Shown here: positions 10,888 to 21,269 of the stretch, piece after piece
Numbering within the stretch: position 1 is the first letter of the stretch
Layout of the letters: each line of letters opens with the position of its first letter
Assembly (NCBI GenBank): GCA_030950585.1
Contig: JAUZRG010000051.1
Span: 607-64,606, forward strand
Length of the DNA stretch: 64,000 bases
Direction: 5' to 3'
Source: Mariprofundaceae bacterium
Lineage (GTDB): Bacteria > Pseudomonadota > Zetaproteobacteria > Mariprofundales > Mariprofundaceae
Translations under genes and position numbers: made by a program
Notes under the pieces: model-generated
What the model saw: only the letters and a program-made list of their open reading frames with translations
Told to the model about the DNA's origin: nothing
Database searches by the model: none

Positions 10888-10919
10888 CAAAAAAAGGGTG
10901 CCAAAACGGCACCCTTTTT
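10888..10919. terminator. Bidirectional intrinsic terminator between the small peptide gene and prk
   Basis: The GGGTGCC / GGCACCC stem (10896..10914) has an A-run on its left and a T-run on its right. It sits between convergent genes. Confidence 0.75.
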
Positions 10920-10935
10920 CTTATAAAGCTAGAAC

Positions 10936-11826
10936 TTAGCTCTTTTTATCTTCCATCAGACGATGAATAATAGGATTCAAAATCAATTCCATTGCAAACA
11001 ACATTTTCGTTGCAGGAACAACGATTGTGTTCGGACGAGACATGAATGAATTGGGCATCATTGAAAGAAAATATGGGAAATCAACATTCCACTTTGCAGG
11101 GTCTCTAAAGTGAATCACAAGTAAACTTTCATCTGGTGTTGGCACATCACGTGCAATAAATGGGTTTGATGTATCAACCAAAGGTACACGTTGAAAGTTA
11201 ATATCAGCATGTGTGAATTGTGGTGTGATATGATGAACATAATCATTCATCCGTTGCAAAATCGTATCAACAACAACTTCTGACGCATAGCCACGCATTT
11301 GTGTATCACGGTGAATTTTTTGAATCCATTCTAAGTTCACAACAGGCACGATACCAATCAATAAATCCGTGTGCTTTGCAACATTAATATTGGCATCAGC
11401 ATCAGTATCCTTTGGAACATAACCACCGTGTAGGCCTTCATAAAATAATAAATCAGAACCTTCAGGGATATTTTTCCATGGTGTAAAGGTACCAGCAGGT
11501 TGCTTAAAAGGTATGCCTTCTTCATCACTATGAATATACAAACGACGTTCACCGCTGCCTGTTTTACCGTATTCTTCAAATAAACCAGCTAATTTATCCA
11601 ACCTATTCGCTTTATCAGAAAAATGGCTAAGGCGTTCATCGCGTGCTTCAAATTCTTTAGCAGCTACCTTAAAACCAGCACGATCAAATCGATGAAAACT
11701 ATCGCCTTCCACCACAGCTGGTATCAGATGTTCACGACGAAAAATATGTTCAAAGGCAACTTTAGCCGTACTCGTTCCTGCTCCTGAAGAGCCTGTAATC
11801 GAAATAATAGGATGCTTTTTTGACAT
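10936..11826 (-). CDS. prk: Phosphoribulokinase
   Basis: 296 aa. The N-terminus MSKKHPIISITGSSGAGTST (P-loop) and overall length match bacterial PRK (PrkB/CbbP type). Confidence 0.88.
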   Translation of the reverse strand: MSKKHPIISITGSSGAGTSTAKVAFEHIFRREHLIPAVVEGDSFHRFDRAGFKVAAKEFEARDERLSHFSDKANRLDKLAGLFEEYGKTGSGERRLYIHSDEEGIPFKQPAGTFTPWKNIPEGSDLLFYEGLHGGYVPKDTDADANINVAKHTDLLIGIVPVVNLEWIQKIHRDTQMRGYASEVVVDTILQRMNDYVHHITPQFTHADINFQRVPLVDTSNPFIARDVPTPDESLLVIHFRDPAKWNVDFPYFLSMMPNSFMSRPNTIVVPATKMLFAMELILNPIIHRLMEDKKS

Positions 11827-11875
11827 TTATTCCTCCATTAACAGGTATTGAACCTGCATTTGTATAAAACATACT

Positions 11876-12454
11876 TTAAAAAAATTGTGCGTAGATCACA
11901 AGGCCTGCAAACAAAAGACAGCCGCCACCCAATGAATAAAGCGTTAGCTTGCGAAATATAGGAACTTGTAGACCAATAATCACACCACTAATCAAAATGA
12001 ATAAAAAGACAATCGATGCGGAAATAGCAAAGATATCAAAGATATCACCACCCTTCCCTTTATGTAAACGCATAAAACGATTATACCAACTTGGGGTTTT
12101 TACCGTTAACACCGCATGCAACCCACCCTTAGAAGAAGGGCGAAGTGTCGCACGGTGATTCTTACCGCTCCAAGTAAACTTATAAGAGTTCCGTTTACGA
12201 TCACTTTTTAATTTTGCTTTACCTAAAGGCTCATTAATACCTAACTTAGCCAGCTCAACACGTGTGACGGATTTTAAAAGTTTATAGTCACGGTGCAATG
12301 GTTTTTCAACCTGAATTCGGTATTCCGTAGAATATGAACTCGGTTTATAATTCCACGTATAAAGAGCTCCTGTGATAAAAAACATCACAGCAATGGCCAG
12401 CGTAAGACCCGCCATGATCAAGTGTAACTTGACCAAAAGTTGTCGATTAAACAT
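11876..12454 (-). CDS. Membrane protein, PepSY-associated-TM-like
   Basis: 192 aa with an N-terminal TM helix, a basic soluble middle and C-terminal TM helices after RLHKGKGG. The family call is tentative. Confidence 0.5.
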   Translation of the reverse strand: MFNRQLLVKLHLIMAGLTLAIAVMFFITGALYTWNYKPSSYSTEYRIQVEKPLHRDYKLLKSVTRVELAKLGINEPLGKAKLKSDRKRNSYKFTWSGKNHRATLRPSSKGGLHAVLTVKTPSWYNRFMRLHKGKGGDIFDIFAISASIVFLFILISGVIIGLQVPIFRKLTLYSLGGGCLLFAGLVIYAQFF

Positions 12455-12482
12455 TTATTTTTACTACCTTTCTTTTTAAAAT

Positions 12483-13592
12483 TTACTTATTCTTTAATGT
12501 TTTAAGCCTTTTTTGTAGGCGCGTTGCACGGCCAAGGCTAGAGTTATATTCTTTATTCTCTGGCATCAAATGCACAGCAACCTGCCAATGGCTCACGGCA
12601 CTGCCAAGCTTTTCTTGTAAAAAGGCCTGACGGCCAAGCTCATAAGCTTGCTGTGCTAAAGCCTGACGTTTCTTTAAAATAAGCGCTAAATACCCAGCAG
12701 AGTCGCCACCCTGTTTTTGAAAAAGGTCAGCGGCTTGTTTGGCTTTTATCCATTCTTCTTTTTGAATATAAGATTCAATCATCTCAGACGTAACGATTGG
12801 TTTTTTTGTTTTAGCTGGCGCACGCTTTGTGACTCGTGTTCTTGCTGCTTTTGCACCAGGTAGGCGCACACCTTCGTGTATGGCTTTTTTAATTCGTACT
12901 AATAATTGCTTAGCATGAGCATCATTCTTGGCGTTAAAACGAGCGTAGGAAACCATTTCAGCATAGGCAGCCTCAGGATAACCTTCTTTCAAAAAACTTT
13001 CAGCTTGTTTTATCGAATACTCACTATGATTTTTAATCCGATCTTCGATGCGTTGTTGATGCTGCTGAAAAACTTCATCATTTTTTGCCAGTCCTTTGGG
13101 CGCTGTTGCATAAAATGCCAATGTTTTTTTCAATGAATCATCTTCCGCACTTCGTTTCTTCAATAAACTATTTAACAGGTTCTGATGTACTTTTGTTTGC
13201 ATTAACACAGCACTTTTTTCTAAAGCACTATCACCAAGAGCAAGTTCTGATGCATGGATATAGGCATCATAAGCTTCCTGCCAACGTCCTTGCCAACGCG
13301 CTTCTTTGGCTTCTTTTTTCTTTGCTTTCAATTCTTTTATACGACGAGGCTCTACCTTTTTCTTAAGCAAAATCATCGCTTCTGAATATTGCACGTGGGT
13401 ATTTTTCATCGCATATAAGGCATCCCTAGCACGCATCACATCGCCACTTTTTAAATAAGTTTGCGCTCGCACATACAAGTCTTTCTCAAGCGATTTTGTA
13501 TGCTTTTTTGTCCCTCCGCCCGAACACGCGATGAGTGTCGAACTTAGCAAAATAAGCATAACCCACTTTAATCCATAACTAACTTTACGCAT
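12483..13592 (-). CDS. Lipoprotein with TPR-like helical repeats
   Basis: 369 aa with a signal peptide and lipobox (LIAC|SGG). It is Lys/Ala-rich and helical, with TPR-like A..Y...A spacing. Confidence 0.6.
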   Translation of the reverse strand: MRKVSYGLKWVMLILLSSTLIACSGGGTKKHTKSLEKDLYVRAQTYLKSGDVMRARDALYAMKNTHVQYSEAMILLKKKVEPRRIKELKAKKKEAKEARWQGRWQEAYDAYIHASELALGDSALEKSAVLMQTKVHQNLLNSLLKKRSAEDDSLKKTLAFYATAPKGLAKNDEVFQQHQQRIEDRIKNHSEYSIKQAESFLKEGYPEAAYAEMVSYARFNAKNDAHAKQLLVRIKKAIHEGVRLPGAKAARTRVTKRAPAKTKKPIVTSEMIESYIQKEEWIKAKQAADLFQKQGGDSAGYLALILKKRQALAQQAYELGRQAFLQEKLGSAVSHWQVAVHLMPENKEYNSSLGRATRLQKRLKTLKNK

Positions 13593-13611
13593 GACTAATC
13601 CCCATTATCAT

Positions 13612-15036
13612 TTATTTCTGTAGAGCTAATTTCACAGCATGATCTATCTCAGCCAGCAAAGCATCATTCATACAAAGCACACCACACTCCAAAGGCTCTT
13701 TAACACCTTTCACTTGCTGTAGCCCAATGCTCCGAAACTCAAAATCATCACCTAACGCATCAAACATACCTTGATGTAAGGCAACTTCACCACCAGCCCC
13801 TAGACCACCCATGCGTGAAGCAACATTCACAGGATTACCAATCAAAGTATACTCTAAGCGCTCAGCAGCACCAATATTACCCACAATGGATTTTCCTGAA
13901 TTGATGCCAACCCGAAAAGAAATCGTTGTGCCATCTGGGCGAGGCAGAGCCATTTGCCGTGACGCTTCGCACATTGCCAAGGCAGCCAACGCACAATTTC
14001 GTTCATGACTTTTATGTTTTTTCGGGTGATTAAACACAGCCATGACAGCATCGCCAATATATTTATCTACCACACCATCATAATGATCAATAATACGATG
14101 AAAAGCCTCAAAATGTTGATTTAAAACACGAATAACTTGCTCAGTCGAAACCGTTTCAGAATAAGATGTGAAACTTACCATATCTGCAAATAAAATGGAG
14201 ACATCTTGATGATGACTGTCTGTATTAAATTTTCCACCTTCAAACACATCTTCAATTAACTTTGGATTCAGGTAACGGCCAAACACAGTGCGAATTCTTT
14301 CTCTGTTTTTAAGTTCCGTCACCATGCGGTTAAATTGCTCTGTGGCATCGGATACCTCATTGTTTCCACTAACGATTAACTGAATATCATAATCGCCTGC
14401 AGAAACTTTCTCTGAAGCTTCAGAAATAGCTTCAATCGGTCGACTCATGCGACCCGTCATCCAATACACAAAAAGACTAAAGACAAGCACAATACTGGCT
14501 GTTATCCAAAACATCTTTGATTGCAAATCATCGGCTATAGATTCCCATTCCGCATCGGAATATTGCACCGCAATGACACCTAAGTGCGTATCTGCATAAA
14601 CAATGTTACTCGCAAACCAAAGACTGTCCTTTAAATTGACCACATCCTTATCTTCATGAGAAACCAAAGTAACCACTTTTTTTTCTTCGCTAGAACGGCC
14701 TTCTAAAGGTCGATAACTACGAAATTCTTCAGCTGAATCAACGAGCTGAACTTCTTGAACTGATGGTGTGCTGTTGGTAAAATCACTCAACAGTTTATCA
14801 ATATCAATACCACTTTCTGTCGATAATAGATGAAGTTTTAACTCATCGGCTAAACGCTGAACCTGTGTTTGAGCTTGCTTAGATTGTGTGGCTAACCAAG
14901 CATCGTGTTGAATACTCATAATCACAAAAAAGACAAAAGAGACAGCTGCAATGACGACAGAGGCCACAAAGGCTGTCCATTGTAAACGAATAGGAAATCT
15001 TATTTTTTTCTTGAGGATCTTCATTTCTTGGCTCAT
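13612..15036 (-). CDS. Membrane-bound class III adenylate/guanylate cyclase with HAMP domain
   Basis: 474 aa with two TM helices flanking a ~150-aa periplasmic region, a HAMP segment (RMSRPIEAISEASEKVSAGDY) and a cyclase core (ILFADMVSFT ... GDAVMAVF ... RVGINSGKSIVGNIG). Confidence 0.85.
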   Translation of the reverse strand: MSQEMKILKKKIRFPIRLQWTAFVASVVIAAVSFVFFVIMSIQHDAWLATQSKQAQTQVQRLADELKLHLLSTESGIDIDKLLSDFTNSTPSVQEVQLVDSAEEFRSYRPLEGRSSEEKKVVTLVSHEDKDVVNLKDSLWFASNIVYADTHLGVIAVQYSDAEWESIADDLQSKMFWITASIVLVFSLFVYWMTGRMSRPIEAISEASEKVSAGDYDIQLIVSGNNEVSDATEQFNRMVTELKNRERIRTVFGRYLNPKLIEDVFEGGKFNTDSHHQDVSILFADMVSFTSYSETVSTEQVIRVLNQHFEAFHRIIDHYDGVVDKYIGDAVMAVFNHPKKHKSHERNCALAALAMCEASRQMALPRPDGTTISFRVGINSGKSIVGNIGAAERLEYTLIGNPVNVASRMGGLGAGGEVALHQGMFDALGDDFEFRSIGLQQVKGVKEPLECGVLCMNDALLAEIDHAVKLALQK

Positions 15037-15117
15037 AGGACGGGCATCTTAGCAAAACAAATCTAAAAAGGGTAGCGAGCTTGCAACCCGCTCATCCAAA
15101 GGCAACATTCAAGTCCT

Positions 15118-15732
15118 ATGTTTGAATTCATCACACACACTTTACAAGAATACCCTGATGCCATGCTTGAGCAAGAGGCCAGAGTACAAGCTATTTTGCA
15201 CCATCAAAAAGATCCTTGTCTCATTTTTAGTCAACATCCCGCTTGCTATACCCTAGGCACATCAGGTCATATGGATGATGTATTAAAAACTGAACCTTGT
15301 GGTCAAAGCATCCCTGTTTACAAAACAGGGCGTGGTGGTGAAGTCACCTATCATGGCCCTGGCCAACTCATGGTTTATGTGCTGGCTGATTTGCGAAAAA
15401 AACAAGATTTACATCAACATATTTGGAACCTTGAAGAGCTGATCATTCAAAGCTTACAGCACTTCTCAATTCAAGCACAACGAAACTCTCGTGGCATTGG
15501 TGTGTGGGTGGGTGACAATAAAATAGCTGCTGTGGGTGTGCGCTGCCGTCGCTGGGTCACTTGGCATGGTGTTGCCCTCAATATATCGCCAGACTTATCC
15601 CACTATCAAGGTATCGTTGCTTGTGGCATGCAAGACAATCCTGTCACCTCAATGGAAAAACAAGGTCTGACAGTACAACGCGAAACATTAGAGAAGGTTC
15701 TTCAACAACACTGCTTAAGCCTATTTAGCTAA
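15118..15732 (+). CDS. lipB: Octanoyl-[ACP]:protein N-octanoyltransferase
   Basis: 204 aa with RGGEVTYHGPGQL and KIAAVGVR motifs typical of LipB. Confidence 0.88.
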   Translation: MFEFITHTLQEYPDAMLEQEARVQAILHHQKDPCLIFSQHPACYTLGTSGHMDDVLKTEPCGQSIPVYKTGRGGEVTYHGPGQLMVYVLADLRKKQDLHQHIWNLEELIIQSLQHFSIQAQRNSRGIGVWVGDNKIAAVGVRCRRWVTWHGVALNISPDLSHYQGIVACGMQDNPVTSMEKQGLTVQRETLEKVLQQHCLSLFS

Positions 15733-17288
15733 GCGCGTTTGAAACGAAACAAGGGTTCACCCATCCAGTGAGCGATACAAGCATAGAGACCACAACCTCC
15801 ACCAACCATCAGACCAAGCCACAAACCTTGATATAAAACACCTTGCAATGGAAATGACCACAACATTTCAACAAGCAGCAAATAAACAATCATCGGCACC
15901 ACTGCAAGCACCGCTTTCAACATACGCTGCAATGCCTGCACACCAAAAAGCTTCCCATGCCTGTTTTGTAAAAAGTGAATCAACAATAAGACATTGATTA
16001 ACGATGATAAGGATGTTGCCAATGCCAAACCAAGGTGTTGCATGGATTCCAATAAAATCAATGCAAAACCAATATTTGCTCCCACGCTAATCACCGCAAA
16101 CCGTGTTGGCGCTTTGGCCTCATGCTGTGCATAACAAGCTGTTGCCAATATCTTCACCCAGCAAAAACACAATAAGCCCACCGCATACATCAACAATGTT
16201 TGAGTTGTTGCAATCGTATCCCTATGTGAAAACGCACCATGTTCAAACAATGTCATCACCACAGGCTCTGCCAATAAAAAAATACCCACCATTGCAGGGA
16301 TGCAAATCCAACTTAACCAAACCAGACCATGCCTCAAGTCAGATAAGGCCTTTTCCTTTTGGCCAGCAGCAAAATGTGAAGATAACGCAGGGAGTAATGC
16401 GGTGCCCATCGCAATACCAAACAAGCCCAAAGGCAATTGCACAATACGATCAGCATAATATAAATAAGAAACAGCCCCCACAGGCAAAAGGGTTGCCAGT
16501 GCCGTCCCTATCAAAATATTAATTTGTACCGCAGAAGTACCCAGCACAGCAGGAAAGAACAAACGCATGGTACGCGCAATGGCAGGAAGACGAAAATTCA
16601 AACGAGGTCTTGGCACCCAACCAATGGCTTTCAAAGCTGGAAACTGCACAGCCAACTGCATCACACCACCCAACAAAACACCCCATGCCAAAGCCAAGGC
16701 AGGGCTTTCCATCATCGGAGCAAAACAGACTGCACCGATAATCATACCTACATTTAATAAAACAGGGGTTGCCGCTGGCACTGCAAATTTACGATAAGCA
16801 TTTAACACCGCCCAAGCCATGGCTGTTAAGGAAATTAAAGCCAGATAAGGAAACATCCAACGCGCTAACGTCAGTGTTTGTTGCCAACGGTTTGGCTCAT
16901 CGGCAAATCCCGGTGCAAAAGCCAATAATAACCAAGGCATCAACAACATACCTAAAACTGTAAACACCAACAAACTCAACAACAATAAGCCTGCCATAGC
17001 ATTTAGATATTGGTGAACTTCTTCTTCACCTTTTTCTTTTTGCTCAGCCAAAACAGGAACCAGCGCCACCGTAAAACTACCTTCTGCAAAAATCCTGCGA
17101 AAAAAATTAGGCAATTTAAAGGCTACAAAAAAGGCATCTGCAAGCATCCCTGCACCTAAAACGCGAGCAATTAAGACATCACGAACAAAGCCCAGAACAC
17201 GAGAAAGAAGCGTCCATATGCCTACCGTACTCACGCGCTTTAAGAGTTGTTGATTTGACTTATCTTGCTGATCACCCACAATGCCCAC
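15729..17288 (-). CDS. murJ: Lipid II flippase MurJ/MviN
   Basis: 519-aa polytopic protein with the [20 protein letters not shown]-terminal signature. It uses a non-ATG (GTG) start, and the exact start codon is uncertain. Confidence 0.88.
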   Translation of the reverse strand: MGIVGDQQDKSNQQLLKRVSTVGIWTLLSRVLGFVRDVLIARVLGAGMLADAFFVAFKLPNFFRRIFAEGSFTVALVPVLAEQKEKGEEEVHQYLNAMAGLLLLSLLVFTVLGMLLMPWLLLAFAPGFADEPNRWQQTLTLARWMFPYLALISLTAMAWAVLNAYRKFAVPAATPVLLNVGMIIGAVCFAPMMESPALALAWGVLLGGVMQLAVQFPALKAIGWVPRPRLNFRLPAIARTMRLFFPAVLGTSAVQINILIGTALATLLPVGAVSYLYYADRIVQLPLGLFGIAMGTALLPALSSHFAAGQKEKALSDLRHGLVWLSWICIPAMVGIFLLAEPVVMTLFEHGAFSHRDTIATTQTLLMYAVGLLCFCWVKILATACYAQHEAKAPTRFAVISVGANIGFALILLESMQHLGLALATSLSSLINVLLLIHFLQNRHGKLFGVQALQRMLKAVLAVVPMIVYLLLVEMLWSFPLQGVLYQGLWLGLMVGGGCGLYACIAHWMGEPLFRFKRA

Positions 17289-17340
17289 CTTTTTAAAAGA
17301 ACCAAGTCTAACGCTATTTGCGAAAGGAGGTGATTTTTTT

Positions 17341-17556
17341 ATGCCTGGAATTAGAGTCCATGCTGATGAATCAGTAGAATTAGCCCTAAAACGTTTTCGT
17401 AAACAGGTTGAGAAAGGTGGTGTTATTAGTGAATGCCGCCGTCGTGAAGCTTATGAAAAGCCATCGGTCAAATCAAAACGCAAAAGTGCTGCAGCTCGCA
17501 AACGTTTAATGAAACGTTTACGCCGTGTACGTGCGCGTGAAGCTAGAGAATATTAA
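17341..17556 (+). CDS. rpsU: 30S ribosomal protein S21
   Basis: 71 aa ([28 protein letters not shown]...) with AAAGGAGG upstream. It is the internal start of the ORF-track entry 17281..17556. Confidence 0.93.
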   Translation: MPGIRVHADESVELALKRFRKQVEKGGVISECRRREAYEKPSVKSKRKSAAARKRLMKRLRRVRAREAREY

Positions 17557-17590
17557 ACTAAATCGTTTAACGGTTTAATTTAATCCTTAA

Positions 17591-17623
17591 TAAGGGGCAG
17601 GTTTTCCTGTCCCTTATTTTTTT
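17591..17623 (+). terminator. Intrinsic terminator after rpsU
   Basis: TAAGGGGCAGG-TTTT-CCTGTCCCTTA hairpin followed by a T7 run. Confidence 0.8.
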
Positions 17624-17667
17624 AACACGATATAATAATAAGATCTTTTGTAAAAACAGGACACATT

Positions 17668-18108
17668 ATGCTAACGCAAACCCTTATCAATGATATGAAA
17701 GCTGCCATGAAAAAGCGCGATAAAGTCGCTCTGAATGCCATCCGTATGTTGCGTGCTGCAATCAAAGACTATGAAATCGCTCAAGGCAAAGATGCAGATG
17801 ATCAAGCCGTCATCTCGCTCATTTCTAAACAAGCCAAAAAACACAAAGAAGCCATCATACAATTTTCTGAAGCGGGTCGTGATGAACTGGCACAAAAAGA
17901 AGAACAAGAATTAAAAACTTTAGAAGTTTATTTACCCAAGCAACTTTCAAGTGAAGAAATACAAAGCATGGTCACGCAAGTGGTTTCTGAAATAAGTGCG
18001 CAAGGTATGAAAGACATGGGTAATGTCATGCAAAAGATTCGGCCTATGGTTGTTGGAAAAGCGGATATGTCGTTGTTATCGGATATTGTTAAAAAAGCAT
18101 TGCAATAA
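17668..18108 (+). CDS. yqeY: GatB/YqeY domain protein
   Basis: 146 aa. LINDMKAAMKKRDKVALNAIRMLRAAIK is the typical YqeY N-terminus, and the position after rpsU is the usual one. Confidence 0.85.
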   Translation: MLTQTLINDMKAAMKKRDKVALNAIRMLRAAIKDYEIAQGKDADDQAVISLISKQAKKHKEAIIQFSEAGRDELAQKEEQELKTLEVYLPKQLSSEEIQSMVTQVVSEISAQGMKDMGNVMQKIRPMVVGKADMSLLSDIVKKALQ

Positions 18109-18143
18109 ACATCTAAAAAAACACTAAACCCTGCTCAGAAAAC

Positions 18144-19211
18144 CTAAGTTTTATCTGGAAATAATTGAGATGATTTTTCCATGTGAGCTTCGCCTATTTC
18201 TTTTAGAAAGCTACTGAGCGGTGCATAATCTTGGACAATTTCTGTGAATTCATCCAAAGAAATCATGACCATCTCACAATCATCTGCGGTGATTAACTTC
18301 AGTCGATGCTCATCGTTTTTTTCCATCATCATATCAGCAACCAAGTCATCGACATGGTAATAATCAATAATATGAGTGTCATGATGTTGATCGGCAACTT
18401 CTATGCGCACAGAACCTTTTGTTAATACACTGACGCTTGGCACACCTTCGTCATCTAAAACTTGCGTTGAAGGCACATGCAGCCATGAAGATTTTTCTGC
18501 AATACGACGACGAAGCTCATAAGGCAGTCGACGCAAAATATCATTGCCTGAAAAATGACGCATTCGACAACGAACATCGACTTCTTTTTCTAATGATTTT
18601 TCAAGCTCAGGGTGTGACTGAAACAAGGACTCAACGTGTGAACGTGAGAGTTCAAGCAACTGACATGTTTGATTGGCCATCACATCAGCACTGCGCGGAT
18701 TTCTCGAGAAAAAAGCCATTTCTCCCACCACATCACCACAGCGCAATAAGCTTAAAAAGAAAGGTTCTTCGTCTCCTGATTCTGATGCAAAAACAGACAG
18801 CTCACCACCCAAAAGAACATACATACTATCGCCATGATCACCTTGACGAAACAAGTAATCACCTTTGCCTAGAGAGCAATACTTTAGCTTTGTAACTAGT
18901 TGATCTAACAAAGATTCTTGTGCAAAATCAAGAAAGGTACTGAAATGGTCAGGCACACTATCCGAAGCTTCTTTTTCCACCATCAACGGGTATTGTTCTT
19001 CCAACGTCCTTGCTTGCTCTACTTCGCCAGTGTTAAGTAAAATAGAATGCAATCGCCGTAAGCACTGCAATGCTTTTGTGCGCTTCTCTAGTTTCCACAA
19101 GGTCTCGCCATATCGTCTTAAAAAACGCACGTCATCTGGAAAAACTTCCAATAAAGAAGCATACATGGACTCTGTTTGTAACAAGACATCATATTGCTGT
19201 GAATGTTTCAT
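18144..19211 (-). CDS. Cyclic-nucleotide-binding domain protein (helical N-terminal region + CNB domain(s), no recognisable output domain)
   Basis: 355 aa. The CNB phosphate-binding cassette GEMAFFSRNPRSADV is preceded by LFRQGDHGDSMYVLLGG. The C-terminal half looks like a second, degenerate CNB fold. Confidence 0.7.
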   Translation of the reverse strand: MKHSQQYDVLLQTESMYASLLEVFPDDVRFLRRYGETLWKLEKRTKALQCLRRLHSILLNTGEVEQARTLEEQYPLMVEKEASDSVPDHFSTFLDFAQESLLDQLVTKLKYCSLGKGDYLFRQGDHGDSMYVLLGGELSVFASESGDEEPFFLSLLRCGDVVGEMAFFSRNPRSADVMANQTCQLLELSRSHVESLFQSHPELEKSLEKEVDVRCRMRHFSGNDILRRLPYELRRRIAEKSSWLHVPSTQVLDDEGVPSVSVLTKGSVRIEVADQHHDTHIIDYYHVDDLVADMMMEKNDEHRLKLITADDCEMVMISLDEFTEIVQDYAPLSSFLKEIGEAHMEKSSQLFPDKT

Positions 19212-19232
19212 GTAGTGCTTTGCTCCTATGAC

Positions 19233-20294
19233 TTACAGACAACTGGCTCTATGACGAAGTAAATGATCAGCAAGAACCAATGCCAACATAGCCTCCAAAA
19301 TAGGTACGCCTCGAATACCAACACAAGGATCGTGCCGACCCTTGGTTTGCACCATGGTTTCATGACCATGAATATCCATCGTATGGCGAGGAATTAAAAT
19401 AGATGATGTTGGTTTAAAACCAACGCGAGCATGAATGGTATCGCCATTAGAAATACCACCTAAAACACCACCTGCATGGTTACTACTAAAACCACTTTTA
19501 AAAAGCTCATCACCAAACTCAGAGCCCTTTGCATTAACACAGTCAAAGCCATCACCAATTTCAACCGCTTTCACAGCTTGTACAGACATCATGGCTTTTG
19601 CAATATCAGCATCCAAACGATCAAAAACGGGTTCACCCAAACCAGGCATCACACCAGTGGCTTGAACCACAACAGCTGCACCAATAGAATCCCCTGTCTT
19701 ACGCAACTTATCCATATAATCAGCCATTTCTTGCGCTGCTTCTGCATCAGGACAAAAGAAGGGATTATTGGTAATTTCATCACGATCAAATCGTTTGGGA
19801 TCACAGCGAATAGGGCCAAGTTGATCCACCCATCCAACAATTTGAATACCAAAATGATGAAGTAACTTCAGCGCAACGCCACCAGCCGCAACACGCATGG
19901 CCGTTTCACGCGCACTGGCTCGGCCACCACCACGATAGTCTCGACGATGATATTTTTTAAAGAAAGTATAATCTGCATGACCAGGGCGAAATTTATCTTT
20001 TATCTCGCCATAATCTTTACTGCGCTGATCTTCATTGCGAATAAGTAATGCGATTGGTGTTCCTGTCGTTTTACCTTCAAACACCCCAGAAAGAATTTCA
20101 ACAGTGTCCGATTCTCGACGTTGTGTTGTATAACGAGACTGACCCGGTTTACGACGATCCAGAAAAGGCTGCAAATCAGCTTCCGATAATGATAGTCCTG
20201 CGGGACAACCTTCCACAACGGCCGTCAATGCAGGACCATGAGACTCTCCTGCCGTTGCAACACGAAATAATTGCCCAAATGAACTTCCTGACAT
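19233..20294 (-). CDS. aroC: Chorismate synthase
   Basis: 353 aa with [14 protein letters not shown] and GRHDPCV motifs. Confidence 0.93.
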   Translation of the reverse strand: MSGSSFGQLFRVATAGESHGPALTAVVEGCPAGLSLSEADLQPFLDRRKPGQSRYTTQRRESDTVEILSGVFEGKTTGTPIALLIRNEDQRSKDYGEIKDKFRPGHADYTFFKKYHRRDYRGGGRASARETAMRVAAGGVALKLLHHFGIQIVGWVDQLGPIRCDPKRFDRDEITNNPFFCPDAEAAQEMADYMDKLRKTGDSIGAAVVVQATGVMPGLGEPVFDRLDADIAKAMMSVQAVKAVEIGDGFDCVNAKGSEFGDELFKSGFSSNHAGGVLGGISNGDTIHARVGFKPTSSILIPRHTMDIHGHETMVQTKGRHDPCVGIRGVPILEAMLALVLADHLLRHRASCL

Positions 20295-21076
20295 CAGCTT
20301 GCTCCAGGATCACCAGCACCAACATTGAAACCAGCATCCACATAATGAACTTCACCGCTCACACCTGAAGCCATATCAGATAAGAGATATAACGTGGAAT
20401 TACCTACTTCACGTTGCGTCACATTGCGATTCAACATAGATCCGCGCGCACTTTTTTCCATCAAACGGCTAAATTCGCCCACAGCAGAAGCAGCCAGCGT
20501 TCTAATGGGCCCAGCAGAAATAGCATTCACACGAATACCATCTTCACCTAAATCGGCAGCTAGATAGCGTGTTGCAGATTCTAAAGCAGCCTTTGCAACG
20601 CCCATCACACTATAGTTTGGCACAGCACGCATAGAACCAAGATAAGACATAGTCACAAGGCTTCCACCGGGTTTCATCAAACCTTTCGCTCGGTTTGCAA
20701 CCGCCACAAAAGAATAGGCTGAAATATTTAATGCCAATTGAAAGTCATCACGGGTCGTGTCTGAAAAACGACCACGTAACGCATCTTTATTGGCAAATGC
20801 AATGGAGTGAACCACGAAATCAACCTCACCCCAATGCTCTTTTACTTTATCGAAGAACTGATCTATTTGTGCATCATCACTAACATCTAAAGGTTCAATA
20901 AATGTGCTATTAAGTGATTCTGCCAAAGGTCGAACACGCTTTTCAAGCGCGTCACCTACATAGGAGAATCCCAACTCAGCCCCCGCTTCATGGCAAGCCT
21001 GAGCGACACCCCAAGCAATGGACTTGGCATTTGCCACACCGAGAATCAAGCCTTTTTTACCTGTTAATATGCCCAC
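20294..21076 (-). CDS. fabI: Enoyl-[ACP] reductase (NADH), FabI
   Basis: 260 aa. [20 protein letters not shown] is the FabI N-terminus, with [10 protein letters not shown] active-site spacing. Confidence 0.92.
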   Translation of the reverse strand: MGILTGKKGLILGVANAKSIAWGVAQACHEAGAELGFSYVGDALEKRVRPLAESLNSTFIEPLDVSDDAQIDQFFDKVKEHWGEVDFVVHSIAFANKDALRGRFSDTTRDDFQLALNISAYSFVAVANRAKGLMKPGGSLVTMSYLGSMRAVPNYSVMGVAKAALESATRYLAADLGEDGIRVNAISAGPIRTLAASAVGEFSRLMEKSARGSMLNRNVTQREVGNSTLYLLSDMASGVSGEVHYVDAGFNVGAGDPGAS

Positions 21077-21269
21077 AATACATCCCCTTAAAGCTTTAAA
21101 AAACGTGAATTAACCATTATGACAATGATCTGCTTACTGTTGTGTGTTTATTATATTTCATATCAGTTATCTGATTGAATCGCTGGAATATATAAACATT
21201 TACATAGAAGTACAAACACTGGCATAGCCCCATCGCTAGACGCAGCAGCTCTGAAGTTAAAAGCCTTCG

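Noticed and set aside
16103-16963. A series of plus-strand ORFs (139, 77, 76 and 64 aa) inside murJ
   Set aside because: All are antisense to or overlap the 519-aa MurJ ORF. Their composition (Pro/Thr/Gln/His-rich) reflects the reverse complement of hydrophobic codons.
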